IMG/VR virus record: IMGVR_UViG_3300047462_000154
Coordinates: 1 to 64,000 of that record
Length of the DNA: 64,000 nt
Source: a virus
Reading direction: 5' to 3' (one strand)
Positions 28,618 to 37,859 of this stretch are shown here, piece after piece. Below the pieces are notes generated by a model. It was given only the letters and a program-made list of their open reading frames with translations. It did not search any database and was not told where the DNA came from. Within the stretch, counting starts at the first letter, position 1. The number at the start of each line of letters is the position of its first letter. Made by a program: the position numbers and the translations under genes.

Positions 28618-28681
28618 GAGATTATTCTTTTTGGGTTAAAGTTTTAGAACAGACCCTTTTAGAATTGGCGGGCACCCCCCT

Positions 28682-28720
28682 ATATCCCCTTGATGCAGCC
28701 GCTCAAGGGGATATTTTTTT
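28682..28720 (+). terminator. Intrinsic terminator
   Basis: 12-bp ATATCCCCTTGA/TCAAGGGGATAT stem plus T-run. Confidence 0.8.
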
Positions 28721-28780
28721 ATTGTATAATTAATTAATTTCATTTAAAATATTTTTAGTGTTAAAAATAAAGGAAAAATA

Positions 28781-29152
28781 ATGACACATTTAAATGAAGA
28801 ATTGTTTGCACATCATAATGGCAGAGGCAATACCAAGGCTACTTTGGGTTTGCTTGTTGAAGCAATTAGAAAATTAAGTGCAGATGTTGCCTTAATCAAA
28901 TCAAAACTTGATGGTAATGCACCAGTTGTTAAACAACCAACTGCAAAGATTTCACCAGCAGAAGTTGTTAAGGCATTGGAAACAAAAGTTGCTGAAGTAG
29001 AAGCCGATGTTAAGGTTGATGTTCAGGATTTAGTTAAAGAATTAGGCGAAGTAGAAGATGATGTTAAGTCGCTTGTTCAAAATGCTTTTAATGAAATTGA
29101 CGCTTCAAAAGTTGTGACTCCAGCTCCTACTGCAAAGAAAAAAACAAAGTAA
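28781..29152 (+). CDS. Hypothetical coiled-coil protein
   Basis: ORF with AAGGA SD. Confidence 0.6.
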   Translation: MTHLNEELFAHHNGRGNTKATLGLLVEAIRKLSADVALIKSKLDGNAPVVKQPTAKISPAEVVKALETKVAEVEADVKVDVQDLVKELGEVEDDVKSLVQNAFNEIDASKVVTPAPTAKKKTK

Positions 29153-29638
29153 ATGGCTGATTATAAGTTAGATATTTTCGATACTTTATCTGCATCTGAT
29201 AAGAAAAATTTTGATTGGTTGGATAAAAAAACAGCAGAAGAAAAAAAAGGATTTAGTCCACTTGTAGTAATGAGATGGTTATCTTCTGTAAATTCTTCTG
29301 CTGATATTTCTGAATATTATCTTTGTTCAGTTAATGAAAATTTAAATAAGAATTTTTGGGCATTGACTGATTATCCAGATTTGCTTTTTAAATTAGGATG
29401 TGTTTGCAGTATTGGAAAAAATCAAAGACATGATTGGATTCCAATGGTATCTAATAAACAAACAAAAAATAAAGCTTTAAATTTTTTGGGAGAATATTAT
29501 CCAAGATTAAATTGGAAAGAATTGGAATTAATTTTTAAAAATATGGACATTGAAGAATTCAAAGAATTAATGCTTGATTCTGGTATTCAAAAAGAAGAAG
29601 AAAAAGAATTGATTGCTGCTTTTAAAAAGAAAAAATAA
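29153..29638 (+). CDS. Probable clamp-loader small subunit (gp62-like)
   Basis: F.P.VVMRWLS...N..LN...W pattern; sits in the replication cluster. Confidence 0.45.
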   Translation: MADYKLDIFDTLSASDKKNFDWLDKKTAEEKKGFSPLVVMRWLSSVNSSADISEYYLCSVNENLNKNFWALTDYPDLLFKLGCVCSIGKNQRHDWIPMVSNKQTKNKALNFLGEYYPRLNWKELELIFKNMDIEEFKELMLDSGIQKEEEKELIAAFKKKK

Positions 29639-29931
29639 TGGATTTTGATGATGAGAATTTATCTGTAATAATTAATCAAAGTGAAGCACCAATACTTAGA
29701 AAATTAATACAGGAATTATACAAATTTTTAGATAAAGGTTTAACAAACGATAAGCATTTGTTTCTTATGCATGGTTTTGATTTATGTGATTGTTTAGAAT
29801 ATCACAACTTATCAAAAACAACTTTTTTAGTTGAAGAAAATGTTCATTGGTTTTTAACTGATTATGGATTTTATTATCAGATTTTTTTTAAAAATAAAGA
29901 AAATCTATCTTTGATAAAATTAATGTTTTAA
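29638..29931 (+). CDS. Small hypothetical protein, FKL family
   Basis: IFFKNKENLSLIKLMF. Confidence 0.55.
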   Translation: MDFDDENLSVIINQSEAPILRKLIQELYKFLDKGLTNDKHLFLMHGFDLCDCLEYHNLSKTTFLVEENVHWFLTDYGFYYQIFFKNKENLSLIKLMF

Positions 29932-29969
29932 ATGAAGCAATAAATACCACCAATCAAGGCGGTATTTAT

Positions 29970-30263
29970 TTGCAAATCGATTGGATACATTGTAAAGATT
30001 TTGTTTTGGAGGCTGATGTTTTGTTATCTCCTTATGAAATTCTTGTTTTATTCAAAAGATTGTTTGAAATATTTGGTATTGGTGCAACCAATGAACAATA
30101 CTTTTTTATGATTCTAAGTTGTGATTCAGAAGTATTTTGTATGCATCTTTCTTTTGATGAATTTCAGGAATCAGATTTAAAATGGTATTTTGATTGGAAT
30201 GATGGTAAAGTAATTTTCAAAAATCAAATAGATATGTTCTATTTTAAACTCTTGGTGAACTAA
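29970..30263 (+). CDS. Small hypothetical protein, FKL family
   Basis: VIFKNQIDMFYFKLLV; TTG start. Confidence 0.55.
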   Translation: MQIDWIHCKDFVLEADVLLSPYEILVLFKRLFEIFGIGATNEQYFFMILSCDSEVFCMHLSFDEFQESDLKWYFDWNDGKVIFKNQIDMFYFKLLVN

Positions 30264-30296
30264 AATGATTACAGCAAAAAAAGCAAAAGACAATTA

Positions 30297-31064
30297 ATGC
30301 CACAAATTCAAACATTATTGACTTGCCAACATTGCAATAAAGAATTCAAACGCAAAAGTTTTTATGAAAAACATAAAGAAATATGCAATGATTTAACCTG
30401 TCAATTTTGCAAGAAACAATACATTAATGAAGTGAGTTTTTTCAATCATGTTTGTGAAAAGAAAAGACGCCATATTGAAAAAGATGAAAAGCATGTAAAA
30501 ATTGCCTTCATTTGTTTCAAACATTATTGCACAAAAACAAATCGATTAAACAAATATCAACCATCATATGATGATTTTATTGATAGCAGTTTATACAAAG
30601 AATTTATTTCTTTTGGAAAACATCTTATCAATATTAATGTATCAAATCATCTTGGTTTTGTTGATTTTTTAATTAAGATGCAAACACCATTAAAAAAATG
30701 GTCCAGTGTGTCTACTTACGAAATTTACATGAGAGAATTAAATAAAAACGAAACACCATTACAAGCATTAGAAAGAAATATTTTAGTTATGCAACAATGG
30801 TCAATCAATACTGGCGAAGATTGGACAGAATTCTTTAAAAAAATATCAACACAAACCGCCGTATTATGGATTAAAAGTGGGAAGATTAGTCCTTGGTTAT
30901 TATTTTCAGCATCATCAGCAAGTGATTTGTTAAGTAGAATGAATCAAGAACAATTGGAAATTGTAAATAATACTGTTGATGCTGGATTTTGGGAATTAAA
31001 AATCAAAAGGCATCAAGAAGATATGAAATATATTCAAAAAGAATTAAGCGAGGCAGGAATATGA
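30297..31064 (+). CDS. Zn-finger protein, replication cluster
   Basis: Two CxxC..F....H..C fingers; WI.SGKISPW. Confidence 0.65.
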   Translation: MPQIQTLLTCQHCNKEFKRKSFYEKHKEICNDLTCQFCKKQYINEVSFFNHVCEKKRRHIEKDEKHVKIAFICFKHYCTKTNRLNKYQPSYDDFIDSSLYKEFISFGKHLININVSNHLGFVDFLIKMQTPLKKWSSVSTYEIYMRELNKNETPLQALERNILVMQQWSINTGEDWTEFFKKISTQTAVLWIKSGKISPWLLFSASSASDLLSRMNQEQLEIVNNTVDAGFWELKIKRHQEDMKYIQKELSEAGI

Positions 31065-31369
31065 ATAATATAGTAAAAATGTATGGCAAAACAAATGATG
31101 AAGTTTCAAAAAGAAAAACTTTTAATGCTTCACAAAAACATCATGTTATTTTACAAGATGATATTGAACTTCAAGTCCCTACATTAGATTATGTGAAAAG
31201 ATTGGAACAGAACCAAGTTATTTTATTGAATAAAATCGAAGTTTTAGAAAAAAAATTAAAACAACAAGCAAGCAATTCAACACATTTAAGAAGTCATGTA
31301 ACACGTCATGCTAAAAAAATATCGTCAATGGAAACGGATATGAATAATAAAGTAGATTTTAATTATTAA
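31061..31369 (+). CDS. Hypothetical coiled-coil protein
   Basis: ATGA overlap with the upstream gene. Confidence 0.55.
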   Translation: MNNIVKMYGKTNDEVSKRKTFNASQKHHVILQDDIELQVPTLDYVKRLEQNQVILLNKIEVLEKKLKQQASNSTHLRSHVTRHAKKISSMETDMNNKVDFNY

Positions 31370-31384
31370 TTTATAAATACTTAT

Positions 31385-31852
31385 ATGTCCTCTCGCGTAA
31401 TCGTAAATGATTTTAAAATAAATCGAAGATTTTTCATTAATATTGAAAAAGAAGATTTTGATATTGTTGAAGCATTCTGGGATAATTCTGATAAAATATT
31501 AGCTGAACTTCAAGATAATTATTTTTTTGAAGGCAAAAAAGTTTGGAGCGAATTATCTCCAACTCATTATCGTTTATTGATTTCAAAAAATCTTTCCATG
31601 GTAGCGGAATTACCTGAAGAAGCCCGTTCTGATAAAAACAATAACACAGTTCGTTCATTAAGGTTTCTTTTAACAGCTTTGATTTATTGTTTAGAAATAC
31701 GGGCAGAAAGTCTTATTGAACTTTTAAAAATAACAAGATTAGATGATTATCAAGTCATTTTTGATTATACTTCAAATATTAATGTTCCAGTTACTCCTAA
31801 ACCAGAAGAAAAGAAATTCACAGTCATAGTTGATAATGAATCAACAGAATAA
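31385..31852 (+). CDS. Hypothetical late protein
   Basis: TATAAATA 5 nt upstream. Confidence 0.6.
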   Translation: MSSRVIVNDFKINRRFFINIEKEDFDIVEAFWDNSDKILAELQDNYFFEGKKVWSELSPTHYRLLISKNLSMVAELPEEARSDKNNNTVRSLRFLLTALIYCLEIRAESLIELLKITRLDDYQVIFDYTSNINVPVTPKPEEKKFTVIVDNESTE

Positions 31853-31914
31853 AATATTGAAAGAAAAATCTAAATAACGTTATGTAGAAGTTAAACAAAA
31901 AGGATTTTCTCGTC

Positions 31915-32487
31915 ATGGAATGTAACACTGATATCGACATTGACGTTCCAAACAGAGAAAAGGCTTTAGAACATTTAAAATATATTTCAGCTACTATTTC
32001 CAACCGAACAAACAAACATCCATCTGGTGTATATTTTCAAAATATACCTATTCATCCAATTGATGGTATGGCAATATTTGACCATAATGAAGCTTCTGAA
32101 AAAGGTTTTTTCAAAATAGATTTTTTGAAAAATTCAATTTATGAAGGTATTGAAGATGAAGAACATCTTGATAGATTGGTAAACACAGAACCAGTTTGGG
32201 AATTGTTTCAAAATCAAAATATTGTTTCTCAATTAGCACAAATCAGTGAACATCATTCTTTGCTGGTTAAATTTAAACCAAAAAGTATTGAAGATTTGGC
32301 AGTGTGTTTGGCATTAATGCGTCCAGGTAAAGCACATCTTCAAAACAAACCATATGTAAAAATAATTGAAGAAATTTGGAAACCATCCAAACATTATTAT
32401 TATAAAAAATCACATTCAATTGCTTATGCATTATCTATTGTTGTACAATTAAATTTACTTGTTGAACAAATATGTTCAGACGAGTAA
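31915..32487 (+). CDS. Minimal DNA polymerase III alpha (DnaE)-like core
   Basis: DIDID, KHPSGV, FFKIDFL, LALMRPG, YKKSHSIAYA motifs in 190 aa. Confidence 0.75.
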   Translation: MECNTDIDIDVPNREKALEHLKYISATISNRTNKHPSGVYFQNIPIHPIDGMAIFDHNEASEKGFFKIDFLKNSIYEGIEDEEHLDRLVNTEPVWELFQNQNIVSQLAQISEHHSLLVKFKPKSIEDLAVCLALMRPGKAHLQNKPYVKIIEEIWKPSKHYYYKKSHSIAYALSIVVQLNLLVEQICSDE

Positions 32488-32490
32488 ATC

Positions 32491-32862
32491 ATGTGCGATT
32501 TAGTGATTTACAACATAACAGAGCCGTTTTTACAACTTGATTGTTACGATATAACAACAAATAGATTAACATTTTCTGTTCCATTGATGCCATTATATGA
32601 ACATGAAATTGAATTAAATTCTGGCAGATTTAAAAATTATTCTTTAATTATGTTTCCAAACAAAACATATTTGAGATATGATTCGAGATTACAAATACCT
32701 TTAATTGAATGGTTTTGTTTAATAATTTCTTGGATAAATGAAATAAAAACAAAAAACCATTGGTCATTTTCTGGAAGAATAATTGATGAATATCGGGCTG
32801 AATTTATTTTTGGATTTGATGATGTAGCAATTTCATTTATGTTTGCCATGGTTTGGATTTAA
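32491..32862 (+). CDS. Small hypothetical protein, FKL-like family
   Basis: FGFDDVAISFMFAMVW. Confidence 0.5.
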   Translation: MCDLVIYNITEPFLQLDCYDITTNRLTFSVPLMPLYEHEIELNSGRFKNYSLIMFPNKTYLRYDSRLQIPLIEWFCLIISWINEIKTKNHWSFSGRIIDEYRAEFIFGFDDVAISFMFAMVWI

Positions 32863-33135
32863 ATGTTTGTATTCACATTTCCAAAATTAATTTACTATAG
32901 TGATGTTTTTCATTTTTATGAAATCAATGAAAAACATGCACATGATAATTTCAGAATACTATTTGAAAAACAATATGAGTTTTTAAATGATAATGGCATC
33001 TATTATGAATTATTTACTAATGAAACCAAAGATGATAGAGATATTGTGCTCTTTTACAAATTAAGTATTGTAATATACGATGAAACAGAAGCCGTATTGT
33101 ACAAATTGATGTTTGGGGAAGACCATCAAAGATAA
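32863..33135 (+). CDS. Small hypothetical protein, FKL family
   Basis: IYDETEAVLYKLMF. Confidence 0.55.
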   Translation: MFVFTFPKLIYYSDVFHFYEINEKHAHDNFRILFEKQYEFLNDNGIYYELFTNETKDDRDIVLFYKLSIVIYDETEAVLYKLMFGEDHQR

Positions 33136-33668
33136 GTCCATTTTCCGTTAATATCCATCATTGCAATATTTTCTTTATTAATTAAAAGTGGCACATCATG
33201 TTCGCAAATTATTTCACCTTCACGTCTTGCATATTTTAAATAATTCTGATTATCTTTTTTTGTTTGTGGTGGCAAATATTTGTAAATGCTTGCGATATCT
33301 AATATCATATTCAATTTGCTTGAAGGCATTTTAATAACAATACCACCATCAGAAAAATCTTCCGCAATATATGAATAATAAGTCCATGATGCTAATTTTG
33401 GCATTTTTAATATAATGGTTTCATTATTAAGAAGTTTTTCTTCCCATGCTTTATCAGAAGCATCCAATGCATTTGGCGAAATGCCTCTATAAAGCATGAT
33501 TGTATCTGTTCTAATAAATCGCATTGCTTCGTTTTTTACAGAAAGGATTTTCTGTTCAATTCGTTCTCTTGGAATTACCAATCCCCAACCTTTAATCCAA
33601 GATTTCGCTGCTGCTAAAAGTTTTGCTGAAGGAATTAAATTTTCTTGAATGATTTCATATAAACGCAT
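33126..33668 (-). CDS. R-S-E type ART-like protein; tag MRLYEIIQE
   Basis: LYRGI...ASWT...AEDF...EGEII; TAAATA 5 nt upstream. Confidence 0.65.
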   Translation of the reverse strand: MRLYEIIQENLIPSAKLLAAAKSWIKGWGLVIPRERIEQKILSVKNEAMRFIRTDTIMLYRGISPNALDASDKAWEEKLLNNETIILKMPKLASWTYYSYIAEDFSDGGIVIKMPSSKLNMILDIASIYKYLPPQTKKDNQNYLKYARREGEIICEHDVPLLINKENIAMMDINGKWTYL

Positions 33669-33746
33669 GAATATATTTATGTGAGGGCTTTATTATATAA
33701 ATTGAGATACTGCTTTCGTTAAAAGAACATTTGTTGTCGATTGTTT

Positions 33747-34130
33747 TTAATCCATTTTTTTGATTAATGTAACCTGACGTTTGCGAACACGTTTTGCAAT
33801 AGTTTCTTGTAATGAAACCATTGGTGGTCCACTAATTATTTCAAAATCTTTTCTTGAAAAATGTTTCAAACATATTCTAAATGGTCTAAATTTATCTTTT
33901 AAAAATATATTTATTGGAATTTGTCTGTTACTTCCCCACCACCATTCATCACCACATTTCAAAAATTCTTTTCTGGCAAGTCCTGCTGGAAGAACATCCA
34001 AAACATACATGGAAATCAATTGAGTATCACTGTTTTGAATTATTCCCAAATATTCTTTGTCAAGAAGTTTTGCGAATGTCAAAAACGGGAATTTTTCTAA
34101 TATTTCAATTATTTGTTGTGGATTCATCAA
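33747..34130 (-). CDS. Hypothetical phage protein
   Basis: WWWGSNRQIPINIFLK. Confidence 0.65.
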   Translation of the reverse strand: MMNPQQIIEILEKFPFLTFAKLLDKEYLGIIQNSDTQLISMYVLDVLPAGLARKEFLKCGDEWWWGSNRQIPINIFLKDKFRPFRICLKHFSRKDFEIISGPPMVSLQETIAKRVRKRQVTLIKKMD

Positions 34131-34132
34131 TT

Positions 34133-34510
34133 CTATTTAGTTTTTTGAAAATCAGTATTTATCCTTTTCTCTTTAATTGGTTGATAATATTGCTTTGTTT
34201 TATATAATTTTACTATTTTTGTTGATTCAACATTAATTTTTGACGTTTTTGCCTTCAAAATATTGTTCAAAAACCTTTTGTAACCAGCGCGATAATATCT
34301 TGCATCAATAATAAAATCATCTTTTGCAAGCATTGTTGAACAAATTATTTCTAATTCATTCAATTCATCATGAGATAATTGAATTTTTGCAATTCTATCA
34401 TTTCTTACTGCTAAGATTTTTTTATGAATTTTATAACAAACAACATCAGGATTTTCATCCCAATGTTTTCGAATTGTTTCTGGAATGGTAATAATCATAA
34501 ACAATCTCAT
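34133..34510 (-). CDS. Hypothetical protein
   Basis: ORF. Confidence 0.5.
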   Translation of the reverse strand: MRLFMIITIPETIRKHWDENPDVVCYKIHKKILAVRNDRIAKIQLSHDELNELEIICSTMLAKDDFIIDARYYRAGYKRFLNNILKAKTSKINVESTKIVKLYKTKQYYQPIKEKRINTDFQKTK

Positions 34511-34550
34511 ATCACATTCAAATCATTAGTCAACGGCAATAAATAACAAT

Positions 34551-35684
34551 ATGCCCTTAAATTTATTCAACACCCCCCAAGTTGTAATTTTAACAAGACC
34601 CGAAAGCGGAAACTTATCAGGACCAATTTTAATGAATTATACAATAAATCGCTCTAATTTTAAAATCGTTCAAGGAATAACAAACACCTTGGAAGTGTTT
34701 ATTCAAGATGTGGACCATCAAGTTTCAATGATTAACACTTCAGCCACAGGAAGCGCAACATTCACTGGCACAACAGGAACAGATGTGCCAGCAGGAACCA
34801 TTGTAAGCACGTCTGATGGCATGCAATTTACTACCCAAACAGACTTCCTTATTGGCACTACAACTGGTTCTGTGACCATCCAGGCAGTTTCTACTGGTCC
34901 ATTATCTTATTCATCTGGTTCTGTATTAACCACAACCATTTCAGGCGTCACAGCAACGCTTACATCAGCGATTTCTGGTGGAAATACAGCTACAATTAAT
35001 TTCAATGTTGTTGACCCAAAATATCAATCACAAGTTTATGCATCTTGTGAAGGAAATTATCCAAATCCATATGATAATAGTGTTTTGTTATTATCAAGAC
35101 AAATGGTTGTCAAAGATATTACTCGTTCATTATATACAGTAACTTTTTTACCATCTGATATTATCGACTGGGATATTGGGGATTATCAATATTCCGTAAC
35201 AATCACTAATTCTGATTCAACAATTACTATTTTATATACTGATTTAGATTATTCGCCATATGGTGTTTTAACTTTAACATATGGACCATTTCCAGTTCCA
35301 GCACCAGTGCAAACATTTGACCCAAGCACATGGAATATTTCAAATTATTTTTCTTATAGTTCACCATTGGTTGGTTCCGCACAATTTGGTTATCCGCAAG
35401 GTTCACAAACTTTTGTTTTTTATTGTACAAATTATACAGGTGTTGTGAACATATATGGAAGTTTAAGTTCAAATCCAAATCCTACACAAATGGAAGATTG
35501 GTTTATTATCACACAACCATATTTTACAAATGTAAATGGTCCACAACAAGTTACTGTTAATGGAAATTATTTGTGGTTAATGGTTCAATTACCAGTATTC
35601 CAAATTGGTTTTTATCCAAATATGCCAAATACTGTACCACCTTATGTGATGGGAAGTATTACGAGTGTTACATATAAAAATTAA
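34551..35684 (+). CDS. Virion structural protein containing a baseplate-J-like segment
   Basis: Thr/Ser-rich beta composition; ATGSATFTGTTGT.VPAGT.V..DG..F; TAAATA 5 nt upstream. Confidence 0.6.
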   Translation: MPLNLFNTPQVVILTRPESGNLSGPILMNYTINRSNFKIVQGITNTLEVFIQDVDHQVSMINTSATGSATFTGTTGTDVPAGTIVSTSDGMQFTTQTDFLIGTTTGSVTIQAVSTGPLSYSSGSVLTTTISGVTATLTSAISGGNTATINFNVVDPKYQSQVYASCEGNYPNPYDNSVLLLSRQMVVKDITRSLYTVTFLPSDIIDWDIGDYQYSVTITNSDSTITILYTDLDYSPYGVLTLTYGPFPVPAPVQTFDPSTWNISNYFSYSSPLVGSAQFGYPQGSQTFVFYCTNYTGVVNIYGSLSSNPNPTQMEDWFIITQPYFTNVNGPQQVTVNGNYLWLMVQLPVFQIGFYPNMPNTVPPYVMGSITSVTYKN

Positions 35685-35902
35685 CGAATAGCTAATTGCA
35701 CCTGTTCAGATGGATTTTTAATATGTTTGATTGCATATCCATTTTTTTTAACAGCAGCTAATCGCACTTGTTCAGATGGATTTTTAATAAATTCGATTGC
35801 ATTTCCGTTTTGTTTAACAAAGATTAATTGCATTTGTTCAGATGGATTTATTAAAATTTTGACTTTTACTTGTGTTTGATATATTTGGATAAACATGAGC
35901 AC
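35681..35902 (-). CDS. Short repeat-protein remnant (DUF4116-like)
   Basis: Three EQVQLAAVKxNGxAIxxIKNPS repeats. Confidence 0.45.
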   Translation of the reverse strand: MLMFIQIYQTQVKVKILINPSEQMQLIFVKQNGNAIEFIKNPSEQVRLAAVKKNGYAIKHIKNPSEQVQLAIR

Positions 35903-36299
35903 ATATAAAATAAAAGTAAAAGAAACAGGAACTATTTTTTATTGTAAAAACGGTAAACCAATAAAAATTCTTCGATATAAAAATAAATTATTCCACCATG
36001 ATACATTGCCCGCAATAGAAAATTTTGAAGCATTTTCAAATGAAACAGAACCATCAAAATTTTGGTTTCAAAATGGACAACTTCATAGAATTGATGGTCC
36101 AGCAATTGAACATCCAAATGGTATGAAAGCTTGGTATAAATTTGGTAGATTACATCGTAATAATGGTCCTGCATTTATTCCAGCTACAGCAAATATTGCA
36201 TTGTATCTTTCTTTGCTGGCACTTTTAATTTCAAAAACAAAATTAGATATAAACGAAGAATATTATCTTCATGGCGAAAAACAAAGGAAATTCAAATGA
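35895..36299 (+). CDS. LHRxDGPA-repeat (MORN-like) protein
   Basis: W.QNGQLHRIDGPA, W.KFGRLHRNNGPA. Confidence 0.6.
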   Translation: MSTYKIKVKETGTIFYCKNGKPIKILRYKNKLFHHDTLPAIENFEAFSNETEPSKFWFQNGQLHRIDGPAIEHPNGMKAWYKFGRLHRNNGPAFIPATANIALYLSLLALLISKTKLDINEEYYLHGEKQRKFK

Positions 36300-36835
36300 T
36301 TTATTATTGTTCAGATATACATTTTTTTCATTCTTCTATCATTACATTTTGTAAAAGACCATTTACTTCTGTTCCTGAAATGAATGAAGCATTAATTAAT
36401 AATTGGAATTCAAAAATCACAAACAACAATGATACCGTTTATTTCCTTGGTGATTTTGCATTAGGTTCATACACACCATCTGATTTGAAAAATATTTTTG
36501 ATAGATTAAATGGTCAAAAAGTTTTGATATATGGGAATCACGACCATTCAGAAATTAAAAAACTTCCTTGGGTATCACAACATGATATTCTTATGGTTAA
36601 AGATTCTGGTTATAAAATCATGTTATGTCATTACCCAATGCGGTCATGGAACGGTTCATTTCATGGCACCTATCATTTCTTTGGGCATGAACATGGAAGA
36701 ATTCCAAATATTGAAAGAGCCGCCGATGTTGGCGTTGATTCATGGAATTTATTTCCAACAACATTTGTAGAAGTTAAAAACAGATTAGATGAAGAACAAT
36801 TGCAAAGATTTTCGGCAGCGGTGAATGGAAAATAA
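36296..36835 (+). CDS. Calcineurin-like metallophosphoesterase
   Basis: SDIHFFH, LGDF, GNHD, HYP, GHEH. Confidence 0.85.
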   Translation: MIYYCSDIHFFHSSIITFCKRPFTSVPEMNEALINNWNSKITNNNDTVYFLGDFALGSYTPSDLKNIFDRLNGQKVLIYGNHDHSEIKKLPWVSQHDILMVKDSGYKIMLCHYPMRSWNGSFHGTYHFFGHEHGRIPNIERAADVGVDSWNLFPTTFVEVKNRLDEEQLQRFSAAVNGK

Positions 36836-37850
36836 TCAAATATGGGATGCGATTGATTCAAGATTAATTGGAGCAAAAAGAGGAAGCAAAGGTTTTCTTC
36901 AAATAAATTGTCCGATGTGTCAAATGATGGGCACATCAAAAGACACAAGAAAACGTTGTGGAATAAAAAATAGTATTGATACTATTGGTATAAATTGTTT
37001 CAATTGTGGTTTCAAAACCAAATATACTGTTGGTGAACAATTGAGTAGAAAAATGCAAAGTTTTATGGAAGAACTTGGTATTGCATCTACTGAAGTAAGT
37101 CGATTGCAATATTGGGCATGGCAAATTTATAAACAAAATATTCCATCAAATATTGAATTTAAACCAAAATTCACTAAACCAATTTTTAAAAAATCATCTT
37201 TACCAGAAAATTCTATGAGTATTGCTGTTCTTGCACAAGAAAATTTTAAATATCCTAAATTTTTACAGGCTGCTAATTATGTTTTAGAAAGACAACATTC
37301 AGCAAATCCAAATAATTTATATTGGAGTCCAGAATATGAAGATTATATTATTATTCCATTACTTCAAAATGGAAATATTGTTGGATATACAGCAAGAGCA
37401 ACAATAGAAAATATTCCGAAATACAATAACATCAGTATTCCAAAAGATTTTTTGTTTAATTGTGATGTTATTGAAAAAACAGATAGAAAATATTTGATTA
37501 TTGTTGAAGGGATATTTGATGCTTTATCAATTGATGCTGTTTCTACAATGGGGGCAAGATTAAATAAATTTCAAATTGATTGGCTAAATAACTCACCATT
37601 AACTAAAATACTTGTGCCTGATAAAGATGATACTGGAAAACGCCAGATAGACATAGCAGTTGAAAATAATTGGTATGTTTCTTTACCAAGTGCTGGCGTG
37701 GATAGATTATGGCATCGAGATATAAAAGATGTTGATGATGCTGTAAAAAAATATGGTAAATTATGGACTGTTCATTCTATTTTAAAAAATAGAAAAAATA
37801 ATAAAATCGATATTGAATCCGATAAGGAATTAATATACCAAACTAATTAA
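36825..37850 (+). CDS. DNA primase (gp61/DnaG-like)
   Basis: Zn finger CPMC...CFNC; TOPRIM VEGIFDA, PDKDDTG, KDVDD. Confidence 0.85.
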   Translation: MENNQIWDAIDSRLIGAKRGSKGFLQINCPMCQMMGTSKDTRKRCGIKNSIDTIGINCFNCGFKTKYTVGEQLSRKMQSFMEELGIASTEVSRLQYWAWQIYKQNIPSNIEFKPKFTKPIFKKSSLPENSMSIAVLAQENFKYPKFLQAANYVLERQHSANPNNLYWSPEYEDYIIIPLLQNGNIVGYTARATIENIPKYNNISIPKDFLFNCDVIEKTDRKYLIIVEGIFDALSIDAVSTMGARLNKFQIDWLNNSPLTKILVPDKDDTGKRQIDIAVENNWYVSLPSAGVDRLWHRDIKDVDDAVKKYGKLWTVHSILKNRKNNKIDIESDKELIYQTN

Positions 37851-37859
37851 GAGAAATAA

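Noticed and set aside
29939-29970. Lambda-like operator
   Set aside because: The resemblance is superficial and no repressor is present; better explained as a late-promoter/RBS hairpin
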